From Squalus acanthias (taxonomy: Eukaryota): 64,000 bases of DNA. The notes under the pieces are model-generated. The model ran no database searches and was not told the origin of the DNA. It was given only the letters and a program-made list of their open reading frames with translations. The position numbers were made by a program, and so were the translations under genes. Shown here piece by piece: positions 26,131 through 36,402 of the stretch. Numbering within the stretch: the first letter of the stretch is position 1; each line of letters opens with the position of its first letter. The stretch is taken from the NCBI GenBank assembly GCA_030390025.1, contig CM059432.1, forward strand, positions 96,536,001-96,600,000, written 5' to 3'.

Positions 26131-27317
26131 AGGTCGTCAGAGGCAAGATTCCTTCTGCCCAGTTGCCACTCAAAAAGGGCTCTAAAATCTCCTGTAACTC
26201 AAACAATCACTCTTCAAAGTTTCTCTAGGCTGCAAGCTTCAGAGAACAACTCCACCAGTATCAGTTAACGTTGGCAACAGGTCCACCTCTTTCCATTCAT
26301 TCTAAGCAACTCTTAGTGCATCTGGGGCACAAGTCTTGGGTTTTGGTCATTCCTACTCTGTTCATCACATTTACATATTTAACAATGACCTCCTAACGGC
26401 ATTGACATGTGCCCACAGAAAAGGCTCAGACCACAAGGGAAACACCTACATAGCCATTATAGGGTGAAAACCCAGCAGAAACAGGTCTTGTCCTAAAAAA
26501 TGCTATACTTACACTCCAAACTCACTGCAAAATATCAATAAATTCGGGGGCCATGATTACAGTCAAAAGAAGGATTTTGTTAGTTGATGGTGCTGCGCAA
26601 AGTCTGTCTTGGTTGAATTAATGAGTAGTAAATGATCTGTTACCATATTGGAGTAGTAGGAATTAAATTGAGGATGAGATTTGTAGGCAATTTAGAGAAG
26701 CTTGCGGTTGTAACAGAGCTGTAATTATGAGGGTCTTTAACTATCCTGGTAAACTTGGACAAGGTAAAAAGTTGTGTTCAAAATGGGGATGGGTTTGTAG
26801 AATGTACACAGGAGTAATTTGTGTCAACAAGGAAGGATGCAGTGCTAGGTATGATTCTGGGTAATGAAGCAGGACAATTGAGCGACTGTAGTAGAAGTTC
26901 ATTTGAAAAATAGTTATCATAACCTAATTAGCTTCATAGTGAAAATAAGGAAAGAAAACATGGAGTCCAAGATAAAGATGATGTACTAGAAATTAGCGAA
27001 TGTCTGTGGGTTGAAAGCCCAGATTAATTGGTTGGAGAAATAAATATCAAACAGAAGATCAGCAGTTGGAAATATTTAAATATGAAATGGATAAAGTACA
27101 GGTTAAATCAGGGGTGGACAATTATTTCACTTAACAAGTTTTGGTGAGCTGTTGAGGGCCGCACACCAATGTACCCCCTATCAATCGCGAGGTCCCACGC
27201 AGGCCGCTTACCAGCTCCTGCCGCTGGAAGAGATTCCGCATAGCAAATTTAAAGGGACTGTGCACGTTGGTGAGAGCAAAGTGTTAAATTGGTAAATTTG
27301 AAACAGGCGAACTCATA

Positions 27318-29026
27318 GGCCGGGATTTTCCTTACCTCAGCGAGTCCGGGGTGGGTGAAGTTGGTGGCAGGTCGTTGCTGGCTCCATCCTGCTCTGGAAA
27401 ATGAATTTACGTTGAGGGGCTTGTTAAGCCCGCCCACCGCGTTTCCCCGGCCCAATTAGAGGAAGCGGGTCTGGTGACGTCATTCATGACGCGTCATCAG
27501 TCGCTTTCCTTAAAGGGACCATGGCCAACTTTCTTTTGTCATTTGTGCTGTCAGTGTTCTACAGCATTGGAGTGCTGCAAACACTGACAAGCACTGCACA
27601 GAGGCAGAGGGCTGCACCCAGGTTCCCCCATGACTCCCTCCATATGCCGATGGGCGGAAGAGATCTCCCCAGGAGAACAAAACAGCCTGGTTGCACACTG
27701 CACAGGAGGGCACAAGAAGGGATGTGATCAGGAGGACCTGGCTGCAGTGGCGCAAACCTTTCAATGATCTCATTAGATCACGAAATGTTAGTACAAATCC
27801 ACACTCAACCTCATCCTGCTGTGCCTCTCATCACATCCTCATCACTCTGCCTTCCCTACCCTAATCCTGCACATCCTTACTCACACCAACTTACCTTGCA
27901 CCTCCACCCATCCCTCTCTATCCACATTATCACTTCCCCATCTCACTAGCCACCCCTCACACTCACCCTCATCCTAGTCCAATCATACCAACTAACAACA
28001 CACAAGGGTAGCCACTTGGGTGTTTTATCCAATGTTCATGTAAAGTTCCTGTTAATGTACTGTCAAACATTGAAACCTTTATTTTCAATACTTTCTGTTC
28101 TTGGACAGATATGTGTGCACCTTTGGAAGTGGCTTTGTGAGTTGCAGTGAAAGGTGAAACATAACAGTACACCCCGCAATGGTGATGAGTGTGAAAGGAA
28201 TGGCTTGGACATTGTAGGGATGCTTTATGGTGTTGGTGTGGGGTGGTGCCAACCTGACGCATCATGTGGCAGCCAGGGTGTACAGCATCAAGTGAAGTAA
28301 ATCTGGCCATGGTGAGGCCATCCCTGGCTTCCCGGGCAGCAACGTGGTTGGGTGGTGATGCCCTCTGTCCTGTGTTGCATCAGGTGATTGCGGAGAAGGT
28401 TGGTGTTGTTGTTGGTGCTGCTGGTGTGCCTGGTGCTGCTGGTGTGCCTGGTGCTGCTGGTGTTGGGGCTGATTGTGGTCGGATTCTGAGGACCAAGGTG
28501 AGAGAGTATAAAGGGCACCCATGTTGATGGAATAGGTGGTAGGTGAAGTAGAGATGACAGAAGCATTCTGTCAATGGTGAGAGAGTTCTTCCAATGATGT
28601 AAGTGTGGATGGAGAGTGGAAAGTGGAAAGCCTGCAGAATCTGTGTTGGAAATCGACTGAGAAACATGTTGTGGTTGAGGAAAGTGATGATCTGTCAGGT
28701 GGGAGCTTTTACTGTATATTTGAAGCTGTCAGGTAATCAGCTGGAGCAATGGCAATTCAACTCCTGCCTCAGATTCACATACATGGTCCCCGAGCAGTAT
28801 GGACCCCGTGGACGAGCAGTTCAAGTTAAAAGCATTATTAAGCATCTGTCAACAACCAATAATTGGTTTAATTGGGTCGCCCTGCCTCTGTGGAGCGGTT
28901 CGGATCGGAGATCACACATGCGCCATTGGTAAAGGCATGTTGTGGCGGATTGACAGTCAAAAAAATAAAATTTCCCACCTGACCCGCCACCGGCCCTGCC
29001 CACTGACCCCCTGGAAAATTCCAGCC
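27318..29026. mobile_element. Internally deleted Harbinger (family D), 1709 bp
   Basis: TIRs GGCCGGGATTTTCC / GGAAAATTCCAGCC, TSD ATA, residual Myb 5' (QWRKPFNDL) and poly-Q transposase 5' fragments. Confidence 0.82.
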
Positions 29027-29304
29027 ATAGTGTTGATCATCACTCCCACTTCTAATCTCACAATAATTTATAAACATAAATTCAGATAGGAGTCAGATAC
29101 TATCTTAAATACGCAAAATGTAGTGTAAAATAGTAAAAGCTCCGTTACTAAATGAATGAAATGATTGATCGATTGCTGGATTATATGTTATACTGAAAGT
29201 CTATGTGGCTGTTTGGCAGAGTGGCTGGAGTCTGCGGGGTCTGCGATGCGAGAAGTGTTCTCTTTTTAGTGTGCTTAGTACGGGAGGCCGAGGCTTCGCA
29301 AGGC

Positions 29305-29629
29305 CAGGACAAAGATAGACCAGGAGTAAAAGCTTTCAATTGGGGAAAGGCCAATTTTACTAAGTTGAGATGTGATTTAGCAAAAGTGGACTGGAAACAG
29401 CTACTTGAAGGTAAATCAGTGTCAGAGCAGTGAGAGGCATTCAAGGAGGAGATAGTGCGGGTTCAGAGCAAATATGTTCCTACAAAGAAAAAGGGTGGGA
29501 CTTCCAAATCTAGAGCCCCCTGGATGTCAAGGGGCATACAGGGTAGGACAAGGCAAAAAAGGAAAGCTTATTGAGACACCGATAGCTAAATACTGCAGAA
29601 AGCCTAGAGGAGTATAGAAAGTACAGGGA
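29305..29629 (+). mobile_element. CR1 ORF2 fragment
   Basis: FNWGKANFTKLRCDLAKVDWKQLL..PW motif region. Confidence 0.75.
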
Positions 29630-30539
29630 TGATAACGGCACATTGATGCAGCGAATGGCAGATTCGATTTGCCAGCCTCTGTTTTTGGTTATGACTCCCC
29701 TGCTGCCTCGGAGACAATGACCACAGGCTGTATTTTGCCTGCCACTGCCCTATATCAATCCAATGAACTCTTTGATGTACTCCCTTTAGTCTGAGTCAAA
29801 GCATATTTAACCCAATGGCAGGCAAATTACGGCCTGGGGCTTTATCTGGCCCGCCAGTAGATTCAATCCGGCCCACCAAAGCCTGGCTTTGAGCCCGAAC
29901 GTCAGCTGCACCTGACCCCTAGCCTGACCCCGCCCCATGTAACGTCAGGAGGCGAGTCATTGTGCCCGAGGCAGCAGGGGAGTCATAACCAAAAACAGAG
30001 GTGGGCAAATCGAATCTGCTGTTCGCTGCTTCAATGTGTCGTTATCACACCCAAAACCTCAGTTTCTGCTCCGTCACTGCAACGTGAAAGGTGAGTTGCA
30101 CACGGTTTGTGGCTTCAATTTCCATAAATCTGTGCAAAATTTCCAGATAAATGCACAATAACATAAATACTTTAAATATATAAAATAACGCCATTGGCAG
30201 CATGACTCAGAATTATCACAATCGAATTGATTGGAAGATTGTTTACTTAGAACTTTTTAAAAACTTGCTGTGAGCTTTTACTCTCAACTCGTCCCTGAAG
30301 GAATTTTAGCAAGTAATTTAAAATTATTCCTGGGCTTGATTTCATTCCAGTGAGTTATAAAATGCTATTTTTTATTTATTGGTGCAAATGGGTGAAAAGT
30401 GCTGTCTGAATTCCGCTGGGGTACTGCCAGTCTCCCTGCGTAACTCTGGCGCAGACCCAGTTACATCGGGTCCCTGTCGTTTCTGAGTGTTTCCTCAGTA
30501 AAGGGTGGGGGAGCTTCTGAGCAAAAATCATTTTGACAT

Positions 30540-31650
30540 GTGATAAATATAAGGATGATAATAGAAAACAAAGCAAGGACAAATATACAGGACTACAAAG
30601 GAAACATAAAGATTGATGATCAACATAAAGGGAAATAATGATGGCTTTTATAAGCATATAAGAATTAAAAGGATAGTCACAGAAGGGGTGACACCAATTA
30701 AATATGAACAGGCCCATTTTGTATTTCATCATAAGGGTAGTTAATAATTATTTCTTTGCAGAGTAAGGTGAAAGTAGAACTCAGGAGAATGTGGAGAAGC
30801 CACTATTGGAGATAAATATTCCAAAGGACACTATCTAAAAAGGTAATGGAAGTGAAAGTAAAAGGTCACCACATTGAATGGCATGCTTCCCAGAGGTTGG
30901 GATAGAGAAGCAGACAGCAAGCATAATTTTCTAGAGATCTTTGGGAAAAATAATTATGCCGAACAGATATGGTGCCCTTGTTCAAAAAAAAATGAAAAGG
31001 ATAAGTTAGGAAATTATAGGCCAATTAGTCTTACCTCGGTTATGGGAAAGCTCCCAGAGCCTTTAATACTTCAGGTGAAGCCAGCAGGCTAATTTAATTG
31101 AATATTTTGAGGAAGACACAAAGTATATAGATAAAGGAAATCTGGTGGATGCTACACAAATGGATTTTCAGAAGGAATTTAATAAGGTACCACATAAGTA
31201 GGGAATGGAAATTAAAAAGCACTGTAAATTGATATCTTTCAGATTGGCAGCATGTGGGTAGTGTGTGCCCCAGGGATTTGTGCTGGGACTTCTGTTTTGT
31301 TTTCCATTTATATAAATAATTTGGACAGTGACACAAGACAAATGATATTGAAGTGGGCTGATGACATCAAATTAGAGGACACAACAAACTATGCGGAAGA
31401 ATGTAAACGATTGCAGGAGGACGTAGGCAGGTACGGGGAGAGAGCAGATAGGTGGCAGATGTAGTTCAATGCGGAAGAAAATGTCACGTTCTACTTTTTG
31501 GGATAAGGAAAAGTAAAAGAATGTGTACTGTAAATGTTCAGGTTCTTAACAAAGTGGAGGATCAGAGCGATCCAATGATGTAGAGACTTGGATCCTTAAA
31601 GGTGGGAGTGCAAGTAGAAAAGACCAAAAGAAGACAAATGGGTTTCATAC
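30540..31650 (+). mobile_element. Old degenerate CR1 RT fragment
   Basis: KDKLGNYRPISLTSV, IYINNLD, WADDIKL, ADRWQM. Confidence 0.7.
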
Positions 31651-32911
31651 ATCTATGATTCCATTTCTGTAATTCATCTGTGTTAGACAGGCAGTTAGAA
31701 AGCACAGCAACATTGGATTCAGTGATGGTGACATTGAAGTGGAGTTAGATGTCATCTTTACGTATAGGGAAACTGACCATGTGCTTGTGGATGATGCCAC
31801 TGTAGGAGAGCATCTAACTGATGAATAGAAGAGAACCAATGATGGAGTCATGGAGTATAACAGAGGTAACCATATGGGATTGGGAGGAGAAACTGTGGAG
31901 CAATAAGAGAAAATACAGCAAGGCTTTTATTCATTCCGTGATGTGAGCGTTGCTAGCAAGGCCATCATTTATTGCCCATCCATAGTTGCTCTTGTACAAC
32001 TGAATGGCTTGCTAGGCCACTTTAGAGGGCAGTTAAGAGTAACAACATTTCACAGGTTTGAGCGATAGGACTACAAGAGCACAGTGCCTTACACACATGG
32101 AGTAAATTCACCTCACCCATTCTCTTGAAGCAGTTGCAACATCTAGTCCATAGCTCCGAATAGCCAGCCATCAACTCTTCCCACCCCTTTGAAGAGCTTG
32201 CAGGATATATGAATAATGAGTACTCCCAGGCATGTGAAAATTAATGTATATAATGATGGTAACCATGGTCACCAGCAGCAATAAAGAAACACTCCAAAGT
32301 CAATATACATACAAAAATGTGAAAAAAACTCCTATTAAAGTAATAGTAATTGGTCATTTACCTCATGCCATAAAATAACGATGAATTTCTAGCACAAATG
32401 CCCATGACATTTGATTAAAGACAGTCATTATTGAAATTTCCAAATAATTAGTCAAAGGTTCAGCTAAAAGTCACTTATCTAATAATACTGGCTTGTTGGC
32501 TATGGACAGACTAATGATAAAAATGAGATTGCATATTAATGAGAAGAGGTACTTAGAGAAGGAGGCCAGGGATGGGGCTTTCAATTTTTTTTACTACTAT
32601 TAAAGTGCAGACAAATGTCGCTAAATAGCTACAGAGGCCGACTAAATGCAACAATGTTGTTAAACGAGGTGTGCCACATTCCAAATGCCACAAGACTCCC
32701 CAATGCAAATTAACCAGCACAAAAGATGCAGTCACACCAGGACATTTCCAAGCAGGCAGCCCTTCCAGTGCACTCCACGTCATTAGTGCATGGGAAATCG
32801 TCCCTGATAATCCAATGGCATGCTGCCTAGGTTATTGAAGAAAGTCAGATAGAAGATAGCAGAGGCTTTGGAAATAATTTTTCAATCCTCCTTAGATATG
32901 CAAAGAAGTTC

Positions 32912-33829
32912 TGTAAGGGGTTTTCTCCGATACCGGTCCCCCGTTACACACAGTTCTTGGATGTCAGGATTTATAAGAACAAAATACACACGGCACAGGG
33001 TTTTGGCTCAACCTTTGATTCGTTCATTTATTGAACACACACACACAATTACTTCCCCAGTATAAATCACTATGATTTATATCAGGCTAACAACCCCAAA
33101 ATACAAACCCCTACGCAAGGGTCATTTGCATCGACACAATATGACACAGTTAAACCCGTCTGTGATTTGACTGTTACATATAAAGTTACCCAGACTCAAT
33201 CACAAAACCCTTATTGTGATCTGACTGAAACTCACAAACTCACTCAGACTCAATCATAAAAGCCCCCTCTATGATTTGACTGAAACATACAATCACCACT
33301 CCCGATCGGCTGTCTCTTGGAGTTGATTGTAGGCCCGAATCTTTCTGTTCGCTGTTCTGCCGTCGGCTTCCCACACACCGCCTTCGAAGTGCTCTTACTT
33401 TAAACCAAAACCAACTTGCAGTATTTCCTGGCTCTCTGCTGAGCATACGATTCATTTCAAAATGTGTGAATTGTCCCTGGTATTGTCCATTGATTTGAGA
33501 TATCTTTCTGACAATGCAACCTTCCCAAAGTGACTGCATATGCGAAGTTCTTGGTTTCTGTTAGCATTCGTATTCAAAAGGCCCATTGTGTAGGCCTGCA
33601 CTGAAACTGGTTATTCAGGGGCCATGGTCTAAGTTGGACAATGTAACCTCTTAAGGACATGAATATGCGGATGTTCTTGTTCAGATTTTAGATTCGTAGT
33701 TTCGGCTGCAATGTTTGAATTAACCTTTTATTGCCGAGCCCTTTTTGCGGGCTTTGCAGTTCTGGGTTTTTATATTTCATAGTCCAATATTTTTACCGTG
33801 GTGGGGGGGGGGGAGGAATTGATCCTACA
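32912..33829 (-). repeat. 3' LTR (918 bp)
   Basis: Direct repeat of 41470-42762; minus-strand AATAAA at 33027-33032; TATA-like TTTAAA near 33400. Confidence 0.95.
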
Positions 33830-33844
33830 TCTCCCCCCTTTAAT
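33830..33844 (-). promoter_or_regulatory. Polypurine tract
   Basis: ATTAAAGGGGGGAGA immediately upstream of the 3' LTR TG on the minus strand. Confidence 0.9.
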
Positions 33845-33951
33845 ATCTCTTACATTAGAGATATTACTTCCGTCCATTCTTCTGCCGTGGAGGGTGCATT
33901 GTCGGTCCCAGCCAAATCTCACATTTTTTTACACAGTCTATACATTTGATT

Positions 33952-36290
33952 CTATAATCCCAAATTCCCTTGATACAGTCTTTCCTGTTTTTCCCTTTTT
34001 ACCCTTCGTTTCGTTTTACACGATAACCTGAACAGATAGAACACCATAATTAATTGCACAATTATCAATACATGTGAGGCAATTCCGATCCAGGGAGGAA
34101 TTTTAATATTAAACCCAATGTCCCACCAAGGTGGGATGGTCATTTCCCTGATCTCCTCTTGCATTTCTCTGTTTTCCTGCTGGAGAGCGTAGTAATGTTT
34201 TTGGGAAAGCTCCACTTCCTTTAACAGTTTTGTCAAATGCTCAGGTAATGGCAGGATATCTTACCCAAAATGTGATATATAATCTTGGAGGTTTGGTAAA
34301 ATACCGCCCACTGTGAGATTTACTTAGGTGTGATCTGAAAATGGGATTATCCTTTCCTGTGCCACTTGAACCTCTATCAGGGGGTTAAAACAAAAGGTCG
34401 AGTCGTAAATTGGACACCAGGTATCTTTGTGTACCCTATACTGATTCGCACTGGTGGTGACACAGTAGGTTCCATTCCCCTCATAAGCAACCTGGGGCGG
34501 GATGTGCCTCTGAGCCATCACCTGCATGGTACAGTTGATCGGTTGTGCGCTTTCAGATTCAAAACCACATGCCGGTCGGTCGAACACATTCAGGTGATGT
34601 GGGCACAACACTACATGTGCACCCCTTTCCTGACATCCCTTCAAATCCATGCCGGTCATGGAGTTCCCCCACTTAACCACATACGCAGGCACCCCATGAT
34701 GCTGCACATATACCCCATTTCGGATAACACCAACATTTTCCACCCGATATACCGGCACTGGCCGTTGTGACTGACCCATCACTGGCATCCTGAGAACTAT
34801 TCCCATTATGGTTTGGTTGTACTGATCACAAACGATTGGGACTGGGTACGCTTCGGAGGCCAACCGTAGCTGGCACGGGTTCATGAGATTGTCATAAGTG
34901 CTCAAGGCTCTTAGGTGTCTGTTGTCAATCCATGATGGTATGTGACTTTGCTCCAAATCCTCTAAATTACTAAGCCCCTCATTTAATAACCAGGCACCGT
35001 ACATAACACACGCATCATTTTGCGCGGCCCGGTCCGACGTGTTCCGGTCCTCCTTTATTAAGTTGTTTATGGTCTGGGTGTGAGTTTCCAGCTCAGCTAT
35101 TACTTCTTTTAGGTGAATGGTCTTTACTTGGTCTTCTTGTAATTCCTGTCCCTCAATCTCATTACCCTCCCCCAGTAACCTTTTTAGCTGATCCCGTAAA
35201 GTATTGACCTGCGCTTGCAGCTGAGCATCATCTATACTATTGACCAGTGACATCCCCGTATTAAACACCGTGGCCGCGTCATTGATCAATCCCCTCTTCC
35301 GTCTCCCCAAACCGGTGTGACTGTTGTCAGCTCGTTTATACAAATCCTTCCGACTTTCTTCCCGTAGTTCAACTCGTAGAATTGCCGGAACATTTCTTTT
35401 AATAGTTTCTCATAAAAATTTTCCGTTTCAGCTGGGCACCACCGGAGTAGCTGTACCTTTGTCAAATTAAGGATAACAGATGCTACCTCATAATGCACGT
35501 CATGGTACAACACCTTCCCTGTTGGAATCAGTACTAACCCATTCCTCGGTCCGGGTGTCATTGTGGGGCACTTAACCTCTTTATCCCGTGTCTTTGGGGC
35601 TGATGGTAGGGGCTTCTTATCGTGCGCTACTAGTTCGGTAGCATTGACTGCGTTTGGAGGATCTGGGACCACACACGAATCGATGAGTCCAGCCTATTCC
35701 AGACCCGAAATCTTGCCATTGCCATTTGAAAGCGATGGACACCCCCTTGTGGCATTTACGTTCTGATCCTCCCACACACACATAAACCCCTTGTTCCTCC
35801 TTCCACCACTTGTCCCAACATAATTTCACACACCTCTTTGTCCCCACAATCGATCTGTATGAGTCGTTCCCCAATCTTTCCCAATCCGTTGATTCAGAAC
35901 CCTTTGCCTTGTCTGTTTTTCGTAGCCACCACCACCATCCCACGGAGATACTTCCCCAGCATTCTAGGCACACTTACCTTCTCTCGTTCACCAGTACCTT
36001 TTTGGTGGTGATATTTAATTTGGGGCAGGGCACTGATGCTTCACCGAATTTGTAACCAGTGTAATTGGAATATTTATATTAGTGGAATTTGACCCCAACC
36101 AACCCGGCCATTCTCCCTCATGGAAGTATGTAGCTATCCCATCAGTGCCCTGTGCTCTACCTCCCTGTGTTACAGTGGGCCCGGCTCCTCCCATACACCC
36201 ATAAGCAAATGACATCTCGATGTCGCCTCGCTCCATCTGTCCTGGTCTGATCAGGATTACCAACAGGCCCAACCACAGAGTGCATTCCAT
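33952..36290 (-). pseudogene. env: Envelope glycoprotein, class I F-like fusion protein with an N-terminal Ig-like domain; several stops and frameshifts
   Basis: Signal peptide MECTLWLGLLVILI, furin site RRKR|GLIN (35293-35304), heptad repeat, Cys-rich region, second heptad, PPWWD, TM WIGIASHVLIIVQLIMVFYLF, basic tail. Confidence 0.85.
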
Positions 36291-36315
36291 CCTGCGTCCT
36301 CCGTTCGACTCGCCT

Positions 36316-36340
36316 CTGCAAATAAAAGAAAAGAAAAATA
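36316..36340 (-). promoter_or_regulatory. Putative env splice acceptor
   Basis: TTTTTCTTTTCTTTTATTTGCAG ending 26 nt upstream of the env ATG (36290). Confidence 0.7.
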
Positions 36341-36402
36341 GCAACGCTCTGCGAGAGGTCTTCCCTCCACAGGTCAAACTTAGGTTATATAGATTGCTGC
36401 AA

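Noticed and set aside
28413..28462. 18-bp tandem repeat (PAAPGT)n
   Set aside because: Slippage in the poly-Q-coding 5' region of a dead Harbinger transposase; no spacers, not CRISPR-like
33240..33539. LTR-encoded 99-aa ORF (also 42092-42478) as an accessory gene
   Set aside because: Recurs only because the LTR is duplicated; no recognisable features
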